A stretch of DNA of 64,000 nucleotides, from the NCBI GenBank assembly GCA_963663545.1, contig OY760505.1, positions 1,472,001 to 1,536,000 of the forward strand, given 5' to 3'. A model generated the notes under the pieces. That model made no database searches. It was not told the origin of the DNA and saw only the letters and a program-made list of their open reading frames with translations. Origin of the DNA: Candidatus Delongbacteria bacterium (GTDB lineage Bacteria; CAIWAD01). The position numbers and the translations under genes are program-made. Positions 1 through 9,489 of the stretch are shown piece after piece. Position 1 is the first letter of the stretch, and every line of letters starts with the position of its first letter.

Positions 1-24
1 GAAGCGGATATCGTAAAGGATTGT

Positions 25-1734
25 ATGATGTCGAACCTGCTACATCGACTGGAGCAGCTGGAAGCACTGGAACAGAAGGCCGACGAGCTTCATCGGCAGG
101 ATAGCAGCTACAGCGATGCGGAGCTGAACCAGCTACTGATGATGGCTCGCATGATCACGGACAGCGAGGATCCTGACCAGATCCTGCGTGCCCTTCTTAG
201 TAGCTCGGTGCAGCTAGTAGGCGCGGAGCGTGGTGTCCTTGGTCTTGTTGGTAGCGCAGGTGATGTGGAATGGAAGCTGGCCCTCCTCCGCGATGGCAGT
301 GAGTTCATGGATCCGTCGAGCAAGGTCAGTCATTCCGTGATACATCGTGTTCTGGAGAGCGGACAACCGCTGAAAAGTGAGAATCTGGACGAACACTCTG
401 CCCTTAGCACAGCGCGCTCTGTAGTTGATTTGGCGCTGAAGAGTTGCCTGTGCGTTCCTATTCGCATCCAAGGCAAAGTAGCCGGTGTGATCTATGTAGA
501 TAACTCCAGCACGTCCATCTTCACATCCAAGATGCTGGCTCTGCTGGATGGCTTTTGCGAACTGGGCTCCGTGATCCTGACTCACGCAAGATTGCGCAGA
601 GAGCAACAAGAGCGCTTTCGCGAATTGCAGAGCCTCCAGGCGTATCACCAGCGAATTGTCAATGCGCTTCCCAGCTCTCTCATCGTTTACGATTCGGCTG
701 GTCTGGCCCACTTCGTCAATGCGGCTTTTCAGCAACACATGGTGGGTGGAACACAGGTGATTGCCGATCGTGATGCACCGGCCGGCCTTCGACTGAGTCC
801 GGAGTTCACCAGCCAGCTTGAGCAGTGCCCAGAGGATGAAAAGACTTCATTTGAGGTTGTCCTCGAACACCACATCTTTCGCTGCTGGCGCTTTCCTTTG
901 CCCGCGCAGGAAGCCTCTCGTGGATTGCGCGGTGCCGTGATGGTCGAGATTACGGAACAGAAAAAGCTTGAGCGTGAGCTGCTTGAGAATGAGAAGCGCT
1001 CTATGGTCTCACGTATGGCAGGATCAATTGCGCATGAGATCAAAAATGCACTGGCTCCGCTTACAGGGCATCTGGACATCATGCCACTGAAACTCAAGGA
1101 TCACCCCGAAGCGCTTGAGATTATCGCCTCGGAGCTGAAGATTATTGAGGAAATGGCGGGCCGTGTGGGACGTATCACAAGCAATCTCTCTCAACTGAGC
1201 AAGCCACTACGGTTTGCGCCAACGCGACTCAACCTGAACATGCAGGCGCGAAGTGTTACAGAGCTCTTGCGTGAGACAAGCGGCAAAATCAAGCACTATC
1301 ACATTGTCGACATGGACAAGCCAGATACACTCGTGGTGCCTGAGGGCACACTGTACGAGCTGCGTCTTGAGTTAGAACCGGGGCTTCCCTCCATCCAGGC
1401 TGATCCGGATCTCTTACAACAGCTCCTGCTGAATCTGGTGATTAACGCAGCACACGCGGTCGAGGCAAAGGGCACGGGTTGGGTCAGCATTCGTACTGCT
1501 CATGGCATCGATTCTGTGGTATTGGAAATCGAAGACAACGGGTGCGGCATCAGTGCCGACAACCTGAAGAAAATCTGGGAGCCCTATTTCACAACCAAGG
1601 GCGAAAAGGGTACGGGAATGGGTTTGCATTTCGTGCGCACAGTAGCGGAATCGCACGATGCCGAATTGACCCTGACAAGCGAAGAGGGCCAGGGAACCTG
1701 TTTCACACTTGCATTTCCACTTGCTACAAGATAG
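25..1734 (+). CDS. GAF/PAS sensor histidine kinase
   Basis: GAF motif (SCLCVPI..GVIYVDN), H-box AHEIKN, N-box LLNLVINAAHA, DNGCGI, FTTK..GTGMGL. Confidence 0.92.
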   Translation: MMSNLLHRLEQLEALEQKADELHRQDSSYSDAELNQLLMMARMITDSEDPDQILRALLSSSVQLVGAERGVLGLVGSAGDVEWKLALLRDGSEFMDPSSKVSHSVIHRVLESGQPLKSENLDEHSALSTARSVVDLALKSCLCVPIRIQGKVAGVIYVDNSSTSIFTSKMLALLDGFCELGSVILTHARLRREQQERFRELQSLQAYHQRIVNALPSSLIVYDSAGLAHFVNAAFQQHMVGGTQVIADRDAPAGLRLSPEFTSQLEQCPEDEKTSFEVVLEHHIFRCWRFPLPAQEASRGLRGAVMVEITEQKKLERELLENEKRSMVSRMAGSIAHEIKNALAPLTGHLDIMPLKLKDHPEALEIIASELKIIEEMAGRVGRITSNLSQLSKPLRFAPTRLNLNMQARSVTELLRETSGKIKHYHIVDMDKPDTLVVPEGTLYELRLELEPGLPSIQADPDLLQQLLLNLVINAAHAVEAKGTGWVSIRTAHGIDSVVLEIEDNGCGISADNLKKIWEPYFTTKGEKGTGMGLHFVRTVAESHDAELTLTSEEGQGTCFTLAFPLATR

Positions 1735-1755
1735 CCAGGGTTTCAGCTGCTAAAG

Positions 1756-1784
1756 AAAAGGCCCGATGTATCACCGGGCCTTTT
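1756..1784. terminator. Bidirectional intrinsic terminator with TGTATCAC in the loop
   Basis: AAAAGGCCCG-ATGTATCAC-CGGGCCTTTT between convergent genes. Confidence 0.8.
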
Positions 1785-1810
1785 GTGTTCACGTGTATCA
1801 CACAAGGATA

Positions 1811-2455
1811 CTATTCGGCTTTTTCTTCCGGCTCATCCACCGGCTCGCTACCGTCACCAGTGGGAGGACCGTTAGCGATGATATACTTCGTGAAGTGCTC
1901 AACGCTGGCATGGACCCAAATACGAATGTCCTCGTCTTCACACTGACATTCTTCATTCCACACCATGACGGGCTCGAACTCGATCCACGACGGAACTAGC
2001 TCATAAAGGCCATCCTCGTGATCGTAGAACATGGCCAACAACTCGGGATTGACGGCGTCCATATTGTCCACCAGATCCAGTGCATAGGACACTTGAATCG
2101 GCTGGGCAAACACAGTACCATCGGGACCGAAGTCGTAACCGTACTCCGGCGATTCCTCATCACCTTGCCAATTGGCAGTGAGAGTCATCGCATCCGTGAC
2201 ACAACCCGGCTGAACCTGTACATGAATCAGACCATCGGTGTACTCAGCTTGTCCATCGGGGGTAACTTCAAAGCACTGCATATCAGCAACAGCGTCAGCC
2301 TTCGGGGCTACCCGGGACGGAACAAGAATCTGAATCTGGTCGGCAGTATACAGGATGGGTCCATCGTTCGACTGCATACCACTGTCGCTACAACTAGCGG
2401 CTAGCAGAAGAACCGAAAACCCGCTGCATAATGCGGCGTAGTGCAAGCGCTTCAT
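1811..2455 (-). CDS. Lipoprotein with ZU5-like domain (paralog 1)
   Basis: ATG 2455 with GGAG RBS; lipobox LAASC; FGPDGTVFAQPI and HFTKY motifs; similar to 2776..3384. Confidence 0.7.
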   Translation of the reverse strand: MKRLHYAALCSGFSVLLLAASCSDSGMQSNDGPILYTADQIQILVPSRVAPKADAVADMQCFEVTPDGQAEYTDGLIHVQVQPGCVTDAMTLTANWQGDEESPEYGYDFGPDGTVFAQPIQVSYALDLVDNMDAVNPELLAMFYDHEDGLYELVPSWIEFEPVMVWNEECQCEDEDIRIWVHASVEHFTKYIIANGPPTGDGSEPVDEPEEKAE

Positions 2456-2727
2456 CTCCAACTCCTGCCTGCGAATAAAACTTGTCTTGCTGCGTGGTAA
2501 CACAATCCGGAGTGCGTCCAACCCCCGCCGTACGGAATCCGATGCGGTGCAACCACTCACCAAGAGTTTAACAGCTTCCTGGACAGGAGGCAAACACTAA
2601 TTCACCTCATTCAATGAGTATTGGGCTAAATCGTCTTGATTTGGGCTGTTGTGTATAGATGAAGATTTATTTGGTCAGGATTGGCACAATATTGCATTCA
2701 GGAGTTTTTGTTTGCGGACCAGAGCAC

Positions 2728-2757
2728 CAAAAAGCCCGGAAGAATCCGGGCTTTTTG
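2728..2757 (-). terminator. Intrinsic terminator
   Basis: CAAAAAGCCCGGA-AGAA-TCCGGGCTTTTTG downstream of the 2776..3384 gene. Confidence 0.8.
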
Positions 2758-2775
2758 ATCTCGATAGAAGCTCTG

Positions 2776-3384
2776 TTAGCGCAAACCCACACCCGTCGGG
2801 GGGCCCGTGGCGATGATATACTTGGAGAAGTGGTCAACCCAGCCAACAACCCAGATCTTGAAGTCTACATCGTGGTATCCGCCGTTCGGGTTGAACACCG
2901 GCTCGAAGTAGATGTAAGAATAGATCTGCTCATAAGTGCCGTCTTCACGGTCGTAGTACATGGAAAGCAAATCCAGATCCACATCGGACGGACTATCCAC
3001 CAGGTCAAGTGCATAGGCGACTACGATTGGACGCTCAAAGACCAGACCTTCCGGACCAAACTCATAGCCATATTCAGGATTCTCTTCATCATCGCCCTGC
3101 CAATGCGCAGTTAGAATCATATCATTCGGCACACTTCGGGCTTGAACATCCATGCGCAGCAATGGAGTGCGATAACGAGTGCGGTTGTTTTCACCGACGA
3201 AGATCTCATGATCATCGTCAACGGCCACTCCTTTGGCAATCGTTGCAGAAGGTGTCAGAATCTGAATCTGGTCCGCAGTCAGAATGACGGATTCTTCGTG
3301 GTTTTGAGTGCTGGTGCTTTCGCACCCGATCAGGGCAATCAGGGCAACGCCCGCAAGTGCCATCAGCAAGTGAATCTTCTTCAT
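2776..3384 (-). CDS. Lipoprotein with ZU5-like domain (paralog 2)
   Basis: ATG 3384 with GGAG RBS; lipobox LIGC; FGPEGLVFERPI and HFSKY motifs. Confidence 0.7.
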   Translation of the reverse strand: MKKIHLLMALAGVALIALIGCESTSTQNHEESVILTADQIQILTPSATIAKGVAVDDDHEIFVGENNRTRYRTPLLRMDVQARSVPNDMILTAHWQGDDEENPEYGYEFGPEGLVFERPIVVAYALDLVDSPSDVDLDLLSMYYDREDGTYEQIYSYIYFEPVFNPNGGYHDVDFKIWVVGWVDHFSKYIIATGPPTGVGLR

Positions 3385-3430
3385 GTGTATTTCTCCCGAT
3401 TGACTTCTCGATATTTCGTACAAGCCAATG

Positions 3431-3445
3431 GCAAAGCCTGTGCCA
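3431..3445 (-). promoter_or_regulatory. Sigma-54 (-24/-12) promoter
   Basis: Minus strand reads TGGCAC-AGGCT-TTGC, an exact GG-N10-GC consensus, 46 bp upstream of ATG 3384. Confidence 0.75.
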
Positions 3446-3735
3446 ATGCATTCAGCAAATCCAAGTTGTTGCTTTTCTGACACTTAATCAGACAATAGTA
3501 TTGTGTCAGGTTTGTCCAGTTACACCACACTGGTGTATATGAACCATATTGCGTCTATGAACCAGCTGTGTTCGCACTCAGGGAACAGAATGCCGCGCCG
3601 TTAAATCTCTGCGTTATAGTATTTTCTTTGACGCATGAATTGTTTTCTGTCTGCCGCACTTATGTTGATGGGCATAAACGCAGCGCGCCAGAGTTTAAAA
3701 CTGACGTATTGTTCAGAATGCTCGTGGGGGGGATG

Positions 3736-3756
3736 AAACGGGGGCCGAAGCCCCCG
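3736..3756 (-). terminator. Intrinsic terminator
   Basis: CGGGGGC-CGAA-GCCCCCG with a short T run on the minus strand, after the HTH gene. Confidence 0.6.
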
Positions 3757-3770
3757 CGAGGAAGGCGAGT

Positions 3771-4148
3771 TTAGGCGTTTCCGTTCCGCTGCTCAACGAT
3801 GCGATGCACGTAATCGTTGACCACAATCAGATCATCGATAGGCATGGCCGAAAGCTCACGCAATAGTTTTTTAATTACCACGCGCTTCACTTCGTTCTTG
3901 CGCAACAGACCTTGCAAATCCTCGTTGACCAGCTCCTCGGGGCTGACAGCGAGATGAAGAAGACTACTAATCAACTCCGAGATGGTCTCAATGCTCTGGC
4001 GATAGGGCTTTCTTCCTGCCAGCCACATCGACACGGTCGCCTTAGAAACGCCGCACTGGCGAGCTACATAGGCCTTAGTGATACCAAGGTTTGCAAAGAT
4101 GTAGTTTAGATTATTGATGAAAGTTGACGGCTCCATGGGATACTCCAT
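3771..4148 (-). CDS. XRE-family helix-turn-helix regulator
   Basis: ITKAYVARQCGVSKATVSMWLAGR HTH signature. Confidence 0.75.
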   Translation of the reverse strand: MEYPMEPSTFINNLNYIFANLGITKAYVARQCGVSKATVSMWLAGRKPYRQSIETISELISSLLHLAVSPEELVNEDLQGLLRKNEVKRVVIKKLLRELSAMPIDDLIVVNDYVHRIVEQRNGNA

Positions 4149-4371
4149 TTTTCGTTCAACAAAGGAACAACACGTTTGAGCCCTCTCCTCTATTCTTCCT
4201 TAAGCCAGCTCAAAGTACGAAAGTCTTTGTGCAACCACCAGACGCATCGCCCCTGGTAGCGGAAGCATGCACGACAAACCAAGTCTATGTTATCTTCATT
4301 ACTATTGTTCCCGGAAGCGGTGTTTCCCTATACGAATCCCCCGCAATGGCGAAGCTAAACCAGGAGTTGGC

Positions 4372-5697
4372 ATGAGCATTTTCAAAGCCTATGATATCCG
4401 AGGGCTGGTACCGGAAGAATTGAACGAAGAATTGGCATATCAAATCGGCCGTGCAGCGGCTTCGCATTTCCCAGCGCACAGGTTCCTGGTAGGCACAGAC
4501 GATCGCGCTAGCCGTCAGCAAATGTTTGAGGCTTTCACCCGCGGTTTACGCGAGCAAGGCGTTGACGTGGTCCACATTGGTCGGGTCTCTACGCCCATTT
4601 TGTACTTCTCCGTAGCTCATTTTGGCTTCGACGCCGGAGTAATGATAACCGCCTCGCACAATCCGGGGAGGTACAATGGATTCAAGTTCTGCCTGAGCGG
4701 TGCCGCTCCTGTACCCAGCGAAGAGCTGCAGCAGCTACGCCGCAGGGTGGACGAGCAGGATTTTGCACCGGGATCAGGCAAGCTGGGGACACTTGAAGAG
4801 CTCGATCCTTTTCCCGCTTACCGCAGTTTCTTGCAAAAAAACATGCCCCTGAAGCGTCGCTTCAAACTGGTCATGGATGCAGGTAATGGCGTATGCGGAT
4901 TGTTCACGCGAGAGAACCTGGCTTGCGCCCCCCTTGATATTGACGCCATGTATTTCGAGAGCGATCCGACCTTCCCAAATCACGAACCTAATCCGCTTGA
5001 ACCTGAAAACACAGTGGATCTGCGCAAACGAGTGCTAGCGACAGGGGCTGAGCTAGGTGTCGCGCTGGACGGGGACGGCGACCGCGTAATGCTTGTTGAC
5101 GAAAAGGGTAACTTCCTGCAGGGTGACATCACCACTTTGCTTATCGCGCTAGGCATGAAGGAATCCGGCCACAGTGGGTTCAATGTGCTCATTGATTGTC
5201 GCTCCAGCCGTGCTGTAGCCGAAATTCTGAAGGAAAACGGGCTGAGTGTCACACCCAGTCGGGTTGGTCATACTTTCATTAAGACGGCGATGCGCAAGCA
5301 CAACAGCTTGTGTGGAGGTGAGCTTTCAGGCCATTACTACTTCGCCGATAGCCATTACACTGAGAATACCGACCTGGCGCTGTTCACTATCCTCAAAATG
5401 ATGGAAACGAACGGCAAGACTCTAAGCGAGTTGACAGAACCGCTGATGCGTTACAGCCAGAGTGGTGAGATCAACAGCGAAGTCGCCGATGTCCAGGCAA
5501 CCCTGAACCGGATTCGTGATACATACAGTGATGCAAGTTTCAGTGAAATTGATGGTCTGACGGTCGAGTACGAGAAATGGTGGTTTAATCTGCGGCCCTC
5601 AAATACCGAGCCTAAACTGCGACTGAATCTTGAGGCGGACACTCCCGAGTTAATGGAGCAGAAGCGCGACGAGGTACTTGCTGTGATACGAGCGTGA
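4372..5697 (+). CDS. Phosphomannomutase/phosphoglucomutase
   Basis: FKAYDIRG, TASHNP, DGDGDR, GELSGH, RPSNTEP; AGGAG RBS. Confidence 0.95.
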   Translation: MSIFKAYDIRGLVPEELNEELAYQIGRAAASHFPAHRFLVGTDDRASRQQMFEAFTRGLREQGVDVVHIGRVSTPILYFSVAHFGFDAGVMITASHNPGRYNGFKFCLSGAAPVPSEELQQLRRRVDEQDFAPGSGKLGTLEELDPFPAYRSFLQKNMPLKRRFKLVMDAGNGVCGLFTRENLACAPLDIDAMYFESDPTFPNHEPNPLEPENTVDLRKRVLATGAELGVALDGDGDRVMLVDEKGNFLQGDITTLLIALGMKESGHSGFNVLIDCRSSRAVAEILKENGLSVTPSRVGHTFIKTAMRKHNSLCGGELSGHYYFADSHYTENTDLALFTILKMMETNGKTLSELTEPLMRYSQSGEINSEVADVQATLNRIRDTYSDASFSEIDGLTVEYEKWWFNLRPSNTEPKLRLNLEADTPELMEQKRDEVLAVIRA

Positions 5698-5721
5698 TGC
5701 TTTTGTATCACAGCATCAGAT

Positions 5722-5752
5722 AAAAAAGCGCCCCGTGTGATACGGGGCGCTT
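5722..5752. terminator. Bidirectional terminator with GTGTGATAC at the apex
   Basis: AAAAAAGCGCCCCGT-GTGAT-ACGGGGCGCTT between convergent genes. Confidence 0.8.
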
Positions 5753-5777
5753 CTGTAGTCTAGTAGAAAAGAGGAAC

Positions 5778-7241
5778 TTAGTTGGTCTTTTTCTTGGGTG
5801 CCTGCGACTGCGGCAAGGTTGCCGGGTCGACTGAAGATAGACCCGCCTGACGCACTGCATCATGATCCGGTGTGCTAAGAGCGGCCACATCATGCACCAG
5901 CGGAAGTGCACGCTGAAGATCGAAATCAGGATCCTGCTCGGGACTGTGACAATGGGCACAGCTCTCGCTCGGATTCGCAAGGGTTTCCAGCGCAGCGCCC
6001 TCTGACTTCACGTGAGCACTTCCCGGCCCGTGACACGCTTCGCACTGCACGTTGTACAATTGCGGTGTATCACGGCGATTGATATATCCTGATTCGACCA
6101 TATAGCCCGTGACACAGCGGCGCAGCGCGCTCTCATCATCAGATCTGCGGTCGCGAATCAAGTCGCTGAATGCACGAGCGTGCAGCGTCGACTTGTAAGC
6201 CTGATGCACTTCACGATGGCAGTTGCGGCATTCGCTTTCACCGACAAAGGTGTACTTGCTGTCGTGCCACGGCAGAGTGCGCTCATCCAGATTCAGCTCG
6301 GATAGGCGCTCCTGGCGGTTGCGCTCAATCTCACGCTTCTTCTCACGCTCCTGCTCACCCTTGAAGTCTTCCATCATCTGGGCAACTTCAGGATTACGCG
6401 GCATGTCGTGATCCAGCTTGATCAGCACGAATTTGCTGTCAACGATCCGTTTTTCCCTGTTCAACAACAACTCGAAGCGCGCTATGTGACGGCCACGATC
6501 ACCGCAATTGCCGACGTAGGTCTCGCCTACGCGACGCGAAGTGTTCCAGGGATTCGCCACTCCTCCCAACATGACCACGTCAACCTCAGGAACCCGGCTG
6601 ATGAGGTCTTCAGGAGTACGATTGCTGGTATGAGCCAACATGACCAAGACATCGCACTTGCGACGGAATCGACGGACCGCTTCCTCCAGGTCGTCGGTAA
6701 CACGGCTACTGTCCATGCCGTTGGACGGGTAAGTCGGATCAGCCCAGGTGAAGACGCCGACCTTGATTCCGTCGACCTTGTGCACAGAGAAATCACGCAC
6801 GGTCTTGGGAACAACGCCCTGTCTATAATTAGAACCGACCCAGTCGAAGTTGGAGCGCTTGATCATCGGAGTAAGAACCGAATCCGGTAGCATGACGTCC
6901 TTGGGACCAAGCCCGATGACGTCATAATCCTGACGATTCATAATGTCGATGATAAAACCCGCCTCGCGATCCTGTTCTTCGCCCCGCTTCATACTGTGCA
7001 GGTTACCCGCGTCAAGCAACATCATGTGCTTGCCGAACATGGCACGCAAAGAGTCCACAACGTAAGTACGCCGGGCAAGACCGCCCAGCTTCTTGTTGTG
7101 TCAACCACAATCCTCGAGATAGCCCTTGCAATCGGAAGTAAACACCAAAGCCAGATCATAGCTGTCGCGCGAAGGCGTACAACTCGTCAGGCTTAGCAGC
7201 AGGGCTATCAGGGCAAGCAATCCAAGCAGCGTATTGCGCAT
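5778..7241 (-). CDS. UshA-like (seleno)protein fused to a multiheme cytochrome c domain; lipoprotein; Sec at codon 47
   Basis: ATG 7241 is in frame with ORF 5778..7058 through a single TGA (7101-7103): MRNTLLGLLALIALLLSLTSC...SDCKGYLEDCG-U-HNKKLGGLARR; SECIS hairpin follows; three CxxCH motifs. Confidence 0.85.
7070..7089 (-). promoter_or_regulatory. Bacterial SECIS element
   Basis: GCUGGGC-GGUCUU-GCCCGGC hairpin; the G-led apical loop starts 18 nt after the UGA. Confidence 0.75.
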
Positions 7242-7450
7242 GTTGCCCTCATCTCCTTAAAACACTATGCCGAAGTACTCTTCGGCGCCAACACGTCATT
7301 CATCCATATGGATATGGATAAGACTCGGAATATACGCCAATCACAAAGCAGACACAAGCGAATTCTCATACAGTATTTCGCGTTACACCGAAGAGGTTAA
7401 CGCTGCGAGGAAAACAACGAGCATCACTCCAATCTGCTTCGTAATATCAG

Positions 7451-8827
7451 CTACTTACTAAGCATCGACAGTGGGGGAACGCGATGCAAGCCAGCGTCCA
7501 AATCTCCATCGACAGTAAATGCGTTAACGTCGTGACATGTTCCGCAGGATTGCCAGGGATCGGCCAAGGTCCCCGTCTCTCCACCATTAGCGTCTACGTG
7601 AGCACTTCCCGGGCCATGGCAAGCCTCACATTGGACGTTGTAAAGCCAGCTGGAACTGCGATCCACATAGCCGCCACGTACCAGGTAGCCCGTGACACAG
7701 CGGCGAAGCTCTGATGGGTTTTCCTCTTCTCCTGATCGTAATAGGGCCGCGTAAGCTGTAGCATGGGGAGTTGCTTCGAATGCCGCATAGATACCGGCGT
7801 GACACTCCTTGCAGGCACGGGCTCCCAGAAAGAAGTGCTTCGCGTCATGATAGAGCAAGGCTGTCTCATCCAAATCCAGCTCAGTCAGGATCTGCTGCCG
7901 TTTTGCTTCTTGCGCCTCGCGACGCTGAACTCGCACCTCTTGTTTGAATTCGCGAATACGTCGGGCCGTCACGGAATCCTCAGGAAGACCCGGCTCCACG
8001 GGAATCAGCACGTACTTCGAAGAGCTGATGCGCTTCTCGCGCGTCAACTCCAACTCGAAACGGCCGATGTACTGGCCGCGATCTCCGCAATTGCCGACCA
8101 GCATGCCATCCAGATTAGATTCGCTCATGACCGGAAAGCCTACACCTCCAAGCAGCACAACGTCTGCGCCCGCCGCCTGCTTCAAGAAGACCTCGGGATG
8201 TAACACGTCAGTGTACACGATCAGTACCAACACGTCGCATTCCCGGCGCACGCGAATGATCTGCTCATGCAGATTTCCCTCAAGGTCGTTGTGGCCAAGC
8301 GCGCCGTGTTCCCAATTTGGGTCTATCCAGTTCAACACCGTGATACGTAGGCCGTTGATTCGCTCGTGACACACCTGTTCAACCTGGGAGGGAATTGTAT
8401 CACGACGATAGTTCGACCCCAGCCAGGGGATTTCCGATTGCTTCACCAATGGACGAAGGAGACTGTCTGGAAGTACGGCATCCAGCGGTCCGAGACCGAT
8501 CAGGCTATATCCCTGCTGCTCAAGAATCCTCTCCATCAGCAATGCTGACTGCTGCGCCTCTAGGTCGGTGTTGCTTCCGTGTAGATTGCCAGTATGAATC
8601 AGCAGCATCTCTTCGCCCATCTCCCGGCGCAGACTATCCAGGATATAGCTGTGTCGCGCCAGGCCGCCCAGTTTGCCGCTATCGAAATCGCAGCTTTCCA
8701 GATATCCCTTGCTGTCGGAACTGAACGCCACAACGAGCCTGTATGAATCCGGTGTATCACGACATCCCGATAGAACAGCGGCAATCAGCCCGAGCAGGAT
8801 CAGCGAGAGATGCGCCGTACGCTTCAT
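7451..8827 (-). CDS. UshA-like/multiheme cytochrome c lipoprotein, non-Sec paralog
   Basis: Lipobox LSGC; SDSKGYLESCDF..KLGGLAR; CKECH, CEACH, CGTCH; colinear with 5778..7241. Confidence 0.8.
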   Translation of the reverse strand: MKRTAHLSLILLGLIAAVLSGCRDTPDSYRLVVAFSSDSKGYLESCDFDSGKLGGLARHSYILDSLRREMGEEMLLIHTGNLHGSNTDLEAQQSALLMERILEQQGYSLIGLGPLDAVLPDSLLRPLVKQSEIPWLGSNYRRDTIPSQVEQVCHERINGLRITVLNWIDPNWEHGALGHNDLEGNLHEQIIRVRRECDVLVLIVYTDVLHPEVFLKQAAGADVVLLGGVGFPVMSESNLDGMLVGNCGDRGQYIGRFELELTREKRISSSKYVLIPVEPGLPEDSVTARRIREFKQEVRVQRREAQEAKRQQILTELDLDETALLYHDAKHFFLGARACKECHAGIYAAFEATPHATAYAALLRSGEEENPSELRRCVTGYLVRGGYVDRSSSWLYNVQCEACHGPGSAHVDANGGETGTLADPWQSCGTCHDVNAFTVDGDLDAGLHRVPPLSMLSK

Positions 8828-9489
8828 TCGTCCTCCAAGGCAGACGATTGTGATCCGCCTTCGTCACGCATATCGCACAGCAGAGCGATGAACTCACTCA
8901 GCACGTTGGCGGTCATTCCCCAGACAGTAGCTCCTGGAAGGTCAAAATCCCAACCGGGAGTAATGGGAAACCACGGCTCTACCGGCTCGCCCGCAACTTG
9001 CCGGAAAATGCGCGAATAGCGCCGCCTGTTGGCACACTTGGCCAACTCAGCCAAGCTCGGCAGCAGAACTTCATCCGTTTCTTCTGTCAGAATGTGTGGC
9101 CGCAGGTCACTGGCTAACAGGCCCGCTACCGGAGTGACCAGGTTCTGTGATACAGGCACCCATTGATCACTCAGCATCCCGAGTAGCTCCACATCCTTCG
9201 GCGGAATCCCTAGTTCCTCCTGCGCTTCGCGAAGAGCAATGGCCACAGCGTCGCCATCGCCTTCTTCTTCACGCCCACCGGGAAGTGCGATCTGCCCCGG
9301 ATGGTGTTCCAAGGCGGCTCCGCGGCGCACCAGCCAAAGATGTAACACGCCATTTGTATCAAACTGAAAGGGAAGCAACACAGCTGCACGATGCGCGCCT
9401 TCAATACTGAGGCGCCTGGATTGGTGCTCAGTAAAGAGTGCACGTAGCCAGTCGGCATCGACACGCTCCGGCAAACGCAGCCCTACCAA
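8824..9489 (-). CDS. Nudix hydrolase, CoA pyrophosphatase-like
   Basis: AAVLLP, HPGQIALPGG..ALREAQEELG Nudix box, VWGMTA. Confidence 0.85.
   Translation of the reverse strand: MVGLRLPERVDADWLRALFTEHQSRRLSIEGAHRAAVLLPFQFDTNGVLHLWLVRRGAALEHHPGQIALPGGREEEGDGDAVAIALREAQEELGIPPKDVELLGMLSDQWVPVSQNLVTPVAGLLASDLRPHILTEETDEVLLPSLAELAKCANRRRYSRIFRQVAGEPVEPWFPITPGWDFDLPGATVWGMTANVLSEFIALLCDMRDEGGSQSSALEDE

Noticed and set aside
2456..2640. Possible riboswitch upstream of lipoprotein paralog 1
   Set aside because: No recognisable aptamer consensus or convincing expression platform
2682..2696. TGGCACAATATTGCA as a sigma-54 promoter
   Set aside because: GG-to-GC spacing is 9 rather than 10, and it points at no plus-strand gene
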